In this document: piece by piece, positions 1 to 10,738 of the stretch | How positions within the stretch are numbered: the first letter of the stretch is position 1 | Layout: every line of letters begins with the position of its first letter | DNA from: Macrostomum lignano | Taxonomy: Eukaryota | Assembly: GCA_002269645.1 (NCBI GenBank) | Contig: NIVC01000778.1 | Span: forward strand, 124,001 to 188,000 | Length of the DNA: 64,000 nucleotides | Direction: 5' to 3' | The notes under the pieces: model-generated | Told to the model about the DNA's origin: nothing | Database searches by the model: none | The model's input: only the letters and a program-made list of their open reading frames with translations | Translations under genes and position numbers: made by a program

Positions 1-406
1 ACCTGGGACGGTTCAGATCCGACGTGCAGCATCCAGGACTGCGGACCGCCACCGTTCGTGCCTAACGCTCTTCGGCCAATTTACAGTAGCACGACCTTCG
101 GCTCCACCGTAGCTTACACCTGTATGGACGGGACAAAGTTTGAAGGCGAAAATGCTGGCCGAATCGTATGCCAGAACTCCGGACAATGGCTGCCGGCACC
201 GCCTCGTTGCAGGAAGCACTGCGATTCGCCGACAATACCGCACGCTCGGGTGTACATCGGCAGAGCCGGTGGGCCGATAGCTCGTGGTAAAGTGCCCTCG
301 GATACCACGCTGAATGTGCAATGCAGGGAAGAGTACCAGCTGAAGACTGTGTACTATCCCAGGTGCAATAATGGATCGTGGACTCGACTGCCAAAGTGCA
401 TTCCAA
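1..406 (+). CDS. Sushi/CCP multi-domain protein, internal exon (5' end outside window)
   Basis: Frame 1 open from base 1: TWDGSDPTC-SIQDCGPPPFVPNA...YTCMDG...CQNSGQWLPAPPRC-RKHCDSPTIPHA...QCREEY...RCNNGSWTRLPKCIP, i.e. consecutive CCP modules (C..P..C..G..C..G.W..P.C). Phase-1 donor A|GTGAGT at 406/407. Confidence 0.9.
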
Positions 407-504
407 GTGAGTAAGGATCAACTGCATGTTGTTAACTGGCTGTTATGGTTTAAGAAAATATGAGTAGCTTGTATTTGAATGTTGGATAGGGTTGTTCATT
501 CTAG

Positions 505-720
505 TTTAAGTAAGTGTTAGTTATTTTGAACAGGTGTTAGATAGGGCTGTTCATTCTATAGTTTGAACAGGTGTTAAGTAGAGCTGTTCAATCTATAGTT
601 TGAACAGGTGTTACATAGGGCTGTTAATTCTATAGTTTCAACAGGTGTTAGATAGGGCTGTTCATTCTATAGTTGTAACAGGTGTTAGGGGTCTTCATTA
701 TAGTTCGAATAGGCATTAGA
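505..720. repeat. Degenerate ~40-bp tandem repeat in CCP intron
   Basis: About 5 copies of TTTGAACAGGTGTTAGATAGGGCTGTTCATTCTATAG. Confidence 0.7.
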
Positions 721-893
721 TAGGGTTGGTTATTATAATGTTCGAATACCTATTTTTGATAATCTAAGGAGGAGGGCTGATTAAGGAAACTCAAATACAG
801 ATCCTAAACATCTTAACTGTACTACTCATACAATACCATTTATAAACAAAAAATAACAAGTAAAAAATCTCTAAAATAACAACAAAAATTCAG

Positions 894-1070
894 AGGACTG
901 CAACGACAGGCCGCCGATAGTGAAGAACGGCATAGCGAGATTTTACAGCACCCGGCACAATGACCGAGCGATGTACAGCTGCTACGTTGGCTACGAGATG
1001 TCGAGCGGAAGCAGTTCCGTTGTTTGTCGGTACGGGAAGTGGGCTGGGTCGAGGCCGGTTTGCACTAAAA
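894..1070 (+). CDS. Sushi/CCP domain exon (177 nt, phase 1-1)
   Basis: Acceptor TTCAG|894, donor A|GTAAGT at 1071. Encodes DCNDRPPIVKNGIARFYSTRHNDRAMYSCYVGYEMSSGSSSVVCRYGKWAGSRPVCTK. Confidence 0.9.
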
Positions 1071-1139
1071 GTAAGTAAGACTAGCTGGATCTATTGCTGG
1101 TCTCAAATACTGCGGCTCTGCAAACAAATGACTTTATGG

Positions 1140-2405
1140 AGTATCTGAAAGGATGTCAGAGAGTTACCCAGCAATTATTTCAGAGAGTTACCCAGAAAGG
1201 CCATCAGAGAGTTACCCAGAGAGGACGTCAGAGAGTTATCCATAAAGGACGTCAGAGAGTTATCCAGCAAGGATGCCAGAGAGTTATCCAGAAAGGACGT
1301 CAGAGAGTTATCCCACAAGGATGTCAGAGAGTTATCCAGAAAGGACGTCAGAGAGTTATCCCACAAGGATGTCAGAGAGTTATCCAGAGAGGACGTCAGA
1401 GAGTTATCCATAAAGGACGTCAGAGAGTTATCCAGCAAGGATGCCAGAGAGTTATCCAGAAAGGACGTCAGAGAGTTATCCCACAAGGATGTCAGAGAGT
1501 TATACAGAAAGGACGTCAGAGAGTTACCCTGGTATCCCACAAGGATGTCAGAGAGTTATCCAGAGAGGACGTCAGAGAGTTATCCATAAAGGACGTCAGA
1601 GAGTTATCCAGCAAGGATGCCAGAGAGTTATCCAGAAAGGACGTCAGAGAGTTATCCAGAAAGGACGTCAGAGAGTTATCCAGAAAGGACGTCAGAGAGT
1701 TATCCATAAAGGACGTCAGAGAGTTATCCAGCAAGGATGCCAGAGAGTTATCCAGAAAGGACGTCAGAGAGTTATCCAGAAAGGACATCAGAGAGTTATC
1801 CAGAAAGGACGTCAGAGAGTTATCCAGAAAGGATGTCAGAGAGTTATCCATAAAGGACGTCAGAGAGTTATCCAGAAAGGATGTCAGAGAGTTATCCAGA
1901 AAGGACGTCAGAGAGTTATCCAGCAAGGACGTCAGAGAGTTATCCAGAAAGGACGTCAGAGAGTTATCCAGAAAGGACGTCAGAGAGTTATCCAGCAAGG
2001 ATGTCAGAGAGTTATCCAGAGAGGACGTCAAAGAGTTATCCAGCAAGGATGTCAGAGAGTTATCCAGAAAGGACGTCAGAGAGTTATCCAGCAAGGATGT
2101 CAGAGAGTTACCCTGGTATCCCACAAGGATGTCAGAGAGTTATCCAGAAAGGACGTCAGAGAGTTATCCAGCAAGGATGTCAGAGAGTTATCCAGCAAGG
2201 ATGTCAGAGAGTTATCCAGAAAGGACGTCAGAGAGTTATCCAGCAAGGATGTCAGAGAGTTATCCAGAAAGGACGTCAGAGAGTTATCCAGAAAGGACGT
2301 CAGAGAGTTATCCAGAGAGGACGTCAGAGAGTTAACCAGAAAGGATGTCAGGGGGTTACCCAGAAAGGATGCAGAGAGTTACATAGAAAGGACGTCAGAG
2401 AGTTA
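1140..2405. repeat. 24-bp minisatellite (intronic)
   Basis: Unit GTCAGAGAGTTATCCAGAAAGGAC with variants; fills the intron between CCP exons. Confidence 0.95.
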
Positions 2406-2441
2406 GTCAGAGAATAAAATCTTACATGTAAATCTTATAAG

Positions 2442-2734
2442 ACGCCGACCCCACACTGCCAGAACGCTGTCCCTGGATAAACTCCGAACCCAACGTTGCC
2501 AAGTGGCTACTTGGACCGGAAGGCCAGAAAAACCCCTGGACCCGACCGGAGACATTGTCAGACAGCGAGGAGCTGGTGAAATTCGAGTGCACCGAGAAGG
2601 GTCACGTGCTTCGAGGTCATACGCACGCCATCTGTCTAAACGGCCACTGGAGTCCGCCAGGAAGTCCCAGATGCGTCCCGCAGATGCACAAACAGATCCC
2701 GACGGATTGGCTGTTTTATGGACGAGGCAAATAG
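2442..2734 (+). CDS. Terminal exon of CCP protein; Hikaru genki/LEV-9-like end (tentative)
   Basis: Acceptor TTATAAG|2442, phase 1. Encodes ADPTLPERCPWINSEPNVAKW...VKFECTEKGHVLRGHTHAICLNGHWSPPGSPRCVPQMHKQIPTDWLFYGRGK*, stop TAG 2732-2734. Family assignment rests only on recalled architecture (final atypical CCP plus short tail). Confidence 0.8.
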
Positions 2735-3449
2735 AAAAAATTACAGGACGCAGAGCCATCGAATAAGCTCTGCGAATATTAACTTTTTGGCTATACGCTC
2801 GTAATAGTATTATTTAATATAATTAATCGAAAAATATTGTCCTCGCAATTTTATCAATGCACTGTAATAGAAGCACAACAATGTTACTCATATTTCTTCT
2901 CTGTTTATGAAGCATTCTGCAGCTGTTTTTTGTTAAACTTTGCACTCTATACACACTTATAAATATAGAAAGCTTCGATCGCTGAATCTCTAGAAACTGA
3001 TCTTGTTTTCTGTGTGATCTTTTTGTGCGATGCCTTCTTCAAAATCAGATTTATTGATAAGGGGTATAAAGACAGCCCTGAAGCATCAGACTCAGTAAGA
3101 CAGTCCTGAGCCCCATAAAGACTGTCGCGAAGCCTCAGCTAACATAACAGAATAGACGACAAAGTACGCAGAATTCATGTACGCAGTGTATGCAGTGTAC
3201 AGTAAATAGGCCATTGTCTGATAGTGCATCAAAGTCCCGTACTCTCTACCCCTGTCGCCTTCTCCCTCACTCACTGCCCTCGCCCTGCCTAGCAACGAGA
3301 CGGCAAGAAAACTTCAGAGTGAATTCAATCCCTAAGCATATATTGAGCCGTTATATTTCAGACGAAAGAGTTGGCAAATATAGCAAAGGTTGAATTTCTA
3401 TATTTTTCCTAGATTCAATATTTTTTCTAATCAAAAGAATACGAGCGTA

Positions 3450-4718
3450 ATGGCTGCAAACAGTAGGCCCTGCAATGCCCTAACTCAGGGTAACGATGTT
3501 CGGTAAGTTTTGACATGATTTACAATGTGTAGAAAACAATTATAACATAAAAATCTGCACAAACTTGCGCAGGATCCCATGGCACTCGCAGGCGCATCCA
3601 GTGATTCCAAAACTGTACGTTCAAGAATGGCGTCAAGACATGCGAAATAGGGAACTGATTAATACGGTGAGTGCGGGTACAGATGCACAGATACATTTGT
3701 AGAACATCACACTTTTAGTATATAGGAGGATAGCAAAGAGACAGGAGCAGATGAAGGGTGAGAAGAAACAGAAGAGTCACTGAGACAGACAGACAAGGAA
3801 AAGATGAAGGGTGAAGAAACAGGACGGTCACTGAGACAGACAGACAAGAACAAATGAAGGGTGAGAAGAGACAGGAAGAGTCACTGAGACAGACAGACAA
3901 GAAACAGACCAAGGGTGAGAAGAGACAAGAGGGTCACTGAGACAGACAGATGGGGAACAGATGAAGGGTTAGAAGAGACAGGAGGGTCACTGAGACAGAC
4001 AGATGGGGAACAAATGAAGGGTGAGAGGAGACAGGAGGGTCACTGAGACAGACAGATGGGGAACAAATGAAGGGTGAGAAGAGACAGGAGGGTCACTGAG
4101 ACAGACAGATGGGGAACAAATGAAGGGTGAGAAGAGACAGGAAGAGTCACTGAGACAGACAGATGGGGAACAAATGAAGGGTGAGAAGAGACAGGAGGGT
4201 CACTGAGACAGACAGATGGGGAACAAATGAAGGGTGAGAAGAGACAGGAAGAGTCACTGAGACAGACAGACAAGAACAAATGAAGGGTGAGAAGAGACAG
4301 GAGGGTCACTGAGACAGACAGATGGGGAACAAATGAAGGGTGAGAAGAGACAGGAGGGTCACTGAGACAGACAGATGGGGAACAAATGAAGGGTGAGAAG
4401 AGACAGGAGGGTCACTGAGACAGACAGATGGGGAACAAATGAAGGGTGAGAAGAGACAGGGGAGAGATAAGCAAACAAGATACACACGTGATCTAACTGC
4501 AACCCTAAACCCAGAACGCCGCAATCGGCATGATCCCAAACCACGAGCACGATGACTCGCTCTACTTGGACAGGCGCGAACAATTGGTTTACAACGTTGA
4601 AGAGCGAGCTCGGGTTGACAGCAAATACGAGGTGCCGCCCAGGGAGGCTATGATGAAGCCGCCAAATCACAGCAGCCACAGTCGCTACAAGAGCAGCTTG
4701 GTAACGCTGAGCAAGTGA
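3450..4718 (+). CDS. TEX43: TEX43/SPMIP10-like sperm microtubule inner protein; exons 3450-3502, 3573-3666, 4515-4718 (116 aa)
   Basis: Splice phases join cleanly (CG|GTAAGT, CAG|G; ACG|GTGAGT, CCAG|AAC). Product MAANSRPCNALTQGNDVRIPWHSQAHPVIPKLYVQEWRQDMRNRELINTNAAIGMIPNHEHDDSLYLDRREQL...KPPNHSSHSRYKSSLVTLSK*. Three motifs match recalled human TEX43 (IPRRYVMPWKENM, DSLFLNHSERL, PLHSPLSRYQSTV); not database-verified. Confidence 0.75.
3735..4465. repeat. 53-bp minisatellite in TEX43 intron 2
   Basis: Unit GAGACAGACAGATGGGGAACAAATGAAGGGTGAGAAGAGACAGGAGGGTCACT, period 53 (4045 to 4098). Confidence 0.95.
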
Positions 4719-5004
4719 ACACTGCAGTTGTACTTTGAGATAGCGAGATAACGGAACTTGATAATAGATGTGTACTCATTTTTAAAAAAACTGTCAATAA
4801 TTAATTCACATTTTGGTTGAAAAATTGTGAAGATAACCAAGAAATAAACTCTCACACAGCTCAGAAAACTTTTTGAAATAGCTGGCCAGTGACGATTTAA
4901 ATGAGAAGTTTCCAAACAACTGTTTTTGCAATTAATTTTGTTTTATTGATTTCATTTTTTATCAATCGACCCGTTGCTATGACCCTTACTATAATCCTGA
5001 AGAT

Positions 5005-5560
5005 CATGCATGGCCCGTCTGAGCTGAAGTCTACAGTTGGTACAAATACTTTCCGAGACGCAGAAGGACGATTAGTGCACCAGTCCGATGCTACTGCTCG
5101 TACAGAGGAACTACCGATTGATGATTCGAAGCAGTCTGGGATCACCCCTCGTGATACTGATGCAACTACGTGCCAAGTCAGTGCTACCACAAGTCCAATG
5201 CGCCATGCAATGCAGTCGCCTAGGCACAAGGAACAGGGTGTGCTCGAGTTCCGTAGGAGCACGCGAGTCAGGCGACGTCCGGAACGATTGACTTATTACT
5301 GAATTGCTTGAGGCGTAACTTTGAACTGCACTGTATAAGCATCGGTGGGGGTATTGCGTATTGCTATGACTACTGCAAAGTATAGACTTTTACTTCAAAA
5401 ATAGTCCATGGTTTATGCGACGCGATACAGTACTCTCCTTTGTTTGCTAAGCTTCGAATCTTTTCATTTAGGAACACAAGACCCTAGGAGCGCGCTGCCG
5501 CTAAAATATAGCTTAATTTCAAACTACCCTAATTCATTGACTTGGCGTTTTTCAAACAAA
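5005..5560 (+). mobile_element. 3' half of a Gypsy LTR retrotransposon: integrase tail, PPT (5344-5351), 3' LTR (5352-5560)
   Basis: ORF ends ...STVGTNTFRDAEGRLVH...RRSTRVRRRPERLTYY*, a typical Gypsy pol tail. Purine tract GGTGGGGG follows, then 209 bp matching the LTR at 42222 with 7 substitutions and no indels. Left boundary approximate. Confidence 0.85.
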
Positions 5561-5567
5561 TTTCAAA

Positions 5568-6953
5568 GGCTGGCACAGCAAATGAGGATTGGGGAGGCTG
5601 GCCCAGCGACTGAGGATTTGGGCGGCTGGCACAGCAACTGAGGATCTGGGAGGCTGGCCCAGCGACTGAGGATTTGGGAGGCTGGCACAGCAACTGAGGA
5701 TCTGGGAGGCTGGCACAGCAACTAAGGATCTGGGAGGCTGGCCCAGCGACTGAGGATTTGGAAGGCTGGCCCAGCGACTGAGGATTTGGGAGGCTGGCAC
5801 AGCAACTGAGGATCTGGGAGGCTGGCCCAGCGACTGAGGATTTGGGAGGCTGGCACAGCAACTGAGGATCTGGGAGGCTGGCCCAGCAACTGAGGATCTG
5901 GGAGGCTGGCCCAGCAACTGAGGATCTGGGAGGCTGGCCCAGCAACTGAGGATCTGGGAGGCTGGCCCAGCAACTGAGGATCTGGGAGGCTGGCCCAGCA
6001 ACTGAGGATCTGGGAGGCTGGCCCAGCAACTGAGGATCTGGGAGGCTGGCCCAGCAACTGAGGATCTGGGAGGCTGGCCCAGCGACTGAGGATTTGGGAG
6101 GCTGGCACAGCAACTGAGGATCTGGGAGGCTGGCACAGCGACTGAGGATTTGAGAGGCTGGCACAGCGACTGAGGATTTGGGAGGCTGGCACAGCAACTG
6201 AGGATTTGGGAGGCTGGCACAGCAACTGAGGATTTGGGAGGCTGGCACAGCAACTGAGGATCTGGGAGGCTGGCCCAGCAACTGAGGATCTGGGAGGCTG
6301 GCCCAGCAACTGAGGATCTGGGAGGCTGGCCCAGCAACTGAGGATCTGGGAGGCTGGCCCAGCAACTGAGGATCTGGGAGGCTGGCCCAGCAACTGAGGA
6401 TCTGGGAGGCTGGCCCAGCAACTGAGGATCTGGGAGGCTGGCCCAGCAACTGAGGATCTGGGAGGCTGGCCCAGCAACTGAGGATCTGGGAGGCTGGCCC
6501 AGCAACTGAGGATCTGGGAGGCTGGCCCAGCAACTGAGGATCTGGGAGGCTGGCACAGCAACTGAGGATCTGGGAGGCTGGCCCAGCAACTGAGGATCTG
6601 GGAGGCTGGCCCAGCAACTGAGGATCTGGGAGGCTGGCCCAGCAACTGAGGATCTGGGAGGCTGGCCCAGCAACTGAGGATCTGGGAAGCTGGCCCAGGA
6701 ACTGAGGATTTGGGAGGCTGGCCAACCAACAACTGAGGATCTGGGAGGCTGGCTAATCAACAAATTGGTATCTGGGAGGCTGGTCAATCAACAACTGAGG
6801 ATCTGGGAGGCTGGCTAATCAACAAATTGGTATCTGGGAGGCTGGTCAATCAACAACTGAGGATCTGGGAGGCTGGCCCAGCAACTGAGGATCTGGGAGG
6901 CTGGTCAATCAACAACTGAGGATCTGGGAGTCTGGCCCAGCAACTGAGGATCT
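5568..6953. repeat. 28-bp satellite array (same family as 41607-42221)
   Basis: Unit GAGGATCTGGGAGGCTGGCCCAGCAACT, starting immediately after the 3' LTR. Confidence 0.95.
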
Positions 6954-8099
6954 ACTGTTATCTACTAATTATATTAATAATCTGTATTAGCATGCTATAT
7001 TCTCATTCTCGACTAGGTGTGGTTATCCAAAGTGATGCAAGTAAATACTGCAAATAATGATTTTTCAAACCTTTGGTTGCAAAAAGACTTCTAGAATGTG
7101 CTTGACCAATCAGATACTCAGTATCTGAATATTAATTTAATTAGATAAACAAAACAGCATATAGAGATAACCCAATTTTAAGCTTGCAATATAGATAAAA
7201 GCGTTTTAAGTATATAAATATTTTAAATATAGCTATAATTTTGCTCTTGCAATGGAATGCAGTTGCAGGATCTAAGCTGGGGCTAAGAGCCAATAAATGA
7301 GCCTTGGCTTTAAAAATACATTAAAATGCTTCTCTTTAACTTACTACTGAACTGACAGTAGCTTACACGCAAATGTGCTGAGTGGCGCATCTAGTTAATC
7401 TAATATCTGTGCTTGAAACTAAAAGTAGTCATTTATAGCGATAGCGGCACGATTATATTGATGGAATGAATTAACAAGGACCAGCCCTAGCAGCCAAGAC
7501 CTTGGTGCCCGTCCGCTCCGCTTGGAGGCGAACGTATGACCATAGGGGGCAATGACCGTAGGCTGCCTATGACCGGGCAATGACCTGACGAACCTCCAGC
7601 ACCAGACTGTCCCGCCCACATGATTGATAGCTTTGGTAGCGCTTTCGTGACCAGAGGGCCAAGGACCCACATGGACCCTACCTGTAGCCAAGGTGCAATA
7701 GTTGGTCACTTCACTCGCTCATAGCATGACCGAGTGGCTGCCACCACTCTATGTGACCTGGCGCACCTGGATCTCACTACCAGACCTCTCTTTGCACGGG
7801 GAGAGGCCATTAGCTTACCCAAACTTCCTTATGCTTTGCCACCCAGGGAGAAAGGCTTAGCAAGCCATGAATGAAATGACGGTGAAAGTGCGAATAATGA
7901 GGATTTTAGTAATGGTTAATAATTAGGCCTTCTAGGCAAAATAAACAGGCAATCAGGCGGCTTCACTATCGAGTAAAATACAGCAAAGATACGGTATCAC
8001 AATTGGCTCAGCTCTCTAATCAAGCAATGGGAAATAAGCAAACCCCGGATAAGTAAAGGCAATTAGAGCACAAATCAGTACAGGAACTTACCGGCAGCT

Positions 8100-8103
<4 letters not shown>

Positions 8104-8163
<60 letters not shown>
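8104..8163. repeat. (AG)n microsatellite
   Basis: About 30 perfect AG units. Confidence 0.98.
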
Positions 8164-8169
<6 letters not shown>

Positions 8170-8314
8170 CGACGGAGTGACCGTGGGCAGCTGTTGGCTG
8201 CAGACAGGCAGGTAGTGAAGCGGCGATGCGCTGAAGCGACAAGGCGCTGATGTAGTTCAGGCGATGCTGAAGGTGCTGGGCGGTATCAGACCGCTGGCCA
8301 ACAGACGAGCTCAC

Positions 8315-10309
8315 TTAGGGATCTGAGGGAACTTGGCGGTATCAGACCGCGGACGGAAATGATTCGTCTTATAGACGAATGGGTCAGATCAATGTCTGAC
8401 AGCAAGTCCAAAGAAGGACGAGAAGAGAGACGAAGACTTTTAAGGGTTGTCAACGCTTCCTTAAATAGCCTTCCCAGCCGCTCCAAGGTCGTTTCCATGA
8501 CTCCCTCTCTCTGATTGGCTGCCGGAGAAATGACGTCAGAATAAGTCATGATGAGAAACATAAGAATGCCATTGCAACATGAGAAATGGGAAAATTGCGC
8601 AATCCGGAGGTGGGGTGGGAGGATAATGAGCACAGCGGAGGGTCGAGAAAGTGTCGCGCAAGCAAACATTGAGAACAATGGGGTTCGGGTCGAGAACAAA
8701 GGAAATGGGAATCGGGGATAATTGGGGAGAACCGAGAACAATAGAAAAGTAAAAATTGGAGAGAAGGACCACTAGGAACACCACTATGAACTGTTCTTAC
8801 ATGCTGAGGGAAGTGTTCTGACATGCTGAGGGAACTGAGGGACTTTTAGCGACGTTTCTATTTTAGACACAGAGTCGCTAAATTCATTAGTGAGTTTTTT
8901 TAGCAATGACTCTTTAGCGATTCTGCTTACGGTAACGTCTCAACAACAGGTTTACCAGTAGGCTGCAACCCCACTGAATTCAATGCAATGATCATTCTAT
9001 TTCAAGCAGATTACAAATTGAATACAAGTGTACCTTTTTACTTAGTATTTTGACACTCTGCTTAATTTAAAGAGTTCTTCTGTATTATCAGTCTCAGTTT
9101 TTGCTATTAATTCCCTAAAAATTCCCAATATAGTTATTGCTATATGTTTGAGTTTCTTATTAAGAGAAACACAGAGATTACTTAGGGAGAAGCTGGTGAA
9201 TGAGCACGCAGATTTTATTGGTTTTGACTATGCGCATTGAAATACAAATAAAGTACCTTTTGCAAGCAGACACAGCTACTGATCTACGTTAGGAAAAGAG
9301 CTCAAGTACATTTACATACGCTCGTACTTGTTAGCTTGAAATTTGAGTTCAACTGAAAAGAGCGATTGGCTGAGCTACAAAATATCACATTTAATAAGAA
9401 TAATGCCACTGCTTGGAACCTATTCCCTATAGCTACAGGCAAGAAACTGAAATGCTGGCTGGCTTACAAAATGCATCATGCTTAAAAGCACATGCCTACA
9501 GTATGAAATGAATCCTACAGTAATCACACACTGAGCTAAATTCCATTGAAAATGTTTGCTGGCTTACAAAATGCATCATGCTTAAAAGCACATGCCTACA
9601 GTATGAAAATGAATCCTACAGTAATCATACACTGAGCTAAATTCCAATGCATCATGCTTAAAAGCACATGCCTACAGTATGAAAATGAATCCTACAGTAA
9701 TCATACACTGAGCTAAATTCCATTGAAAATGTTTGCTAGAAAATCAAAGAGCCGAGACGCTGTCAGTTCGGTTTGGGTCACCTGCCGGATTCTGTGCAGC
9801 ACCGGACCGCTCCATCGAACCTCGGAGCAGCTGTGTCAGTTGTCTGAAATTTGTCATGAAGGATAACTGGATGTTTACAGTCAGTTGAGGAATAGGTGCA
9901 GACATCAAGGGAATGCGGAGTGCATATCTGCACACAGGTTGGGGAATTGTAGACAGCTGGGGAATTGTAGACAGCTGGGGAATTGTAGACAGCTGGGGAA
10001 TTGTAGACAGCTGGGGAATTGTAGATAGCCAGGGAATTGTAGATAGCCAGGGAATTGTAGACAGCTGAGCAATATTTATTTATTTTGATTTTGATTTTTT
10101 ATTCACTTAAGCTTACAGTTTCCTTAAAATCTTAAACGATCCCTCCAAATCTCTCCGAATCTTGGACTCTGACAGATCTCGCTTTAGTTTTTCCTGCATA
10201 TCAACGGACAAACAAAAACTTGCATAGAATCCGTAGATTTGTTCAGAATTCAGCAATACTCGGCAGTACAAGCCTTTCCAAATTGACCTTTTTTTCTGTA
10301 TTGAACTTA
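8315..10309 (-). CDS. Candidate downstream exons of the WSC gene: 10309-10117, 9843-9782, 8518-8315
   Basis: AG/GT-bounded open segments whose phases chain (1-2, 2-1, 1-1) after the last WSC exon: VSSIQKKRSIWKGLYC...EKLKRDLSESKIRRDLEGSFKILRKL / QLTQLLRGSMERSGAAQNPA / ANQREGVMETTLERLGRLFKEAL...PPSSLRSL. No homology recognised. Confidence 0.3.
9458..9740. repeat. ~100-bp tandem triplication
   Basis: Three copies of ATGCATCATGCTTAAAAGCACATGCCTACAGTATGAAA(A)TGAATCCTACAGTAATCA(C/T)ACACTGAGCTAAATTCC. Confidence 0.85.
9940..10066. repeat. 18-bp minisatellite GCTGGGGAATTGTAGACA
   Basis: About 7 copies; same monomer as the 15.5-16.4 kb and 18-37.6 kb arrays. Confidence 0.9.
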
Positions 10310-10432
10310 CTGTCAGGTTATTTCAGACTGTTACGTGAATTGCAAACGGCTTTTAACGGAAAAGAATCAAATTGGATTGCATTCAAGTCAGCACCAGATC
10401 ATGCACAGGCGGTGATGTGACCGAACACTTGC

Positions 10433-10738
10433 CTGATTTATGAGGAGTATTCGTGGTTTCCAGCTTAAAATACACAATTCCCGTACCGCTACCGCATATT
10501 TGCTTGAAATTTCGTGGACATCGAAATGAACAATGTTCGTTGACGGGAATCTTTTCGCTCGCCGGAGGTAGTTCCGATTCGCAAAAGCAGCGGTCACCGT
10601 TAGCGATGGCGAAATATTTGAATCTGCCGTAGAGATCACGCTTCACACACTCGGTAGCGCAAATGAGGTGTGACATCTCATTCGATGTGAGTCTTACTAT
10701 TCCCTTACCATCATATTGGTAGCATTGAGTTGGAGAAT
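10433..10738 (-). CDS. WSC domain exon W1 (306 nt)
   Basis: TTTTAG|AT...CAG|GCAAGT. DSPTQCYQYDGKGIVRLTSNEMSHLICATECVKRDLYGRFKYFAIANGDRCFCESELPP...CSFRCPRNFKQICGSGTGIVYF fits the WSC 8-Cys pattern. Confidence 0.9.

Noticed and set aside
1094-2417. Long ORFs (413, 321, 202, 178 aa) of QRVIQKGR/DVRELSRK repeats
   Set aside because: They are translations of a 24-bp minisatellite open in several frames and on both strands, inside an intron bounded by CCP exons.
4901-5302. 133-aa ORF as a host gene
   Set aside because: Its 3' part is a Gypsy pol tail directly followed by PPT and LTR; the 5' part is AT-rich flank that is open by chance.
5529-6787. Three overlapping ~400-aa minus-strand ORFs, and CRISPR-like regularity
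   Set aside because: This is a 28-bp satellite open in all three frames. Units are contiguous with no unique spacers and there are no cas genes; the context is eukaryotic.
7480-7875. GC-rich island resembling a non-LTR retrotransposon 5' UTR; possible HDV-like ribozyme on the minus strand near 7810-7870
   Set aside because: Manual folding gave a partial P1/P3 but no convincing P2 or L3, and there is no adjacent RT or endonuclease ORF. A descriptor search (RNArobo/Infernal) would be needed.
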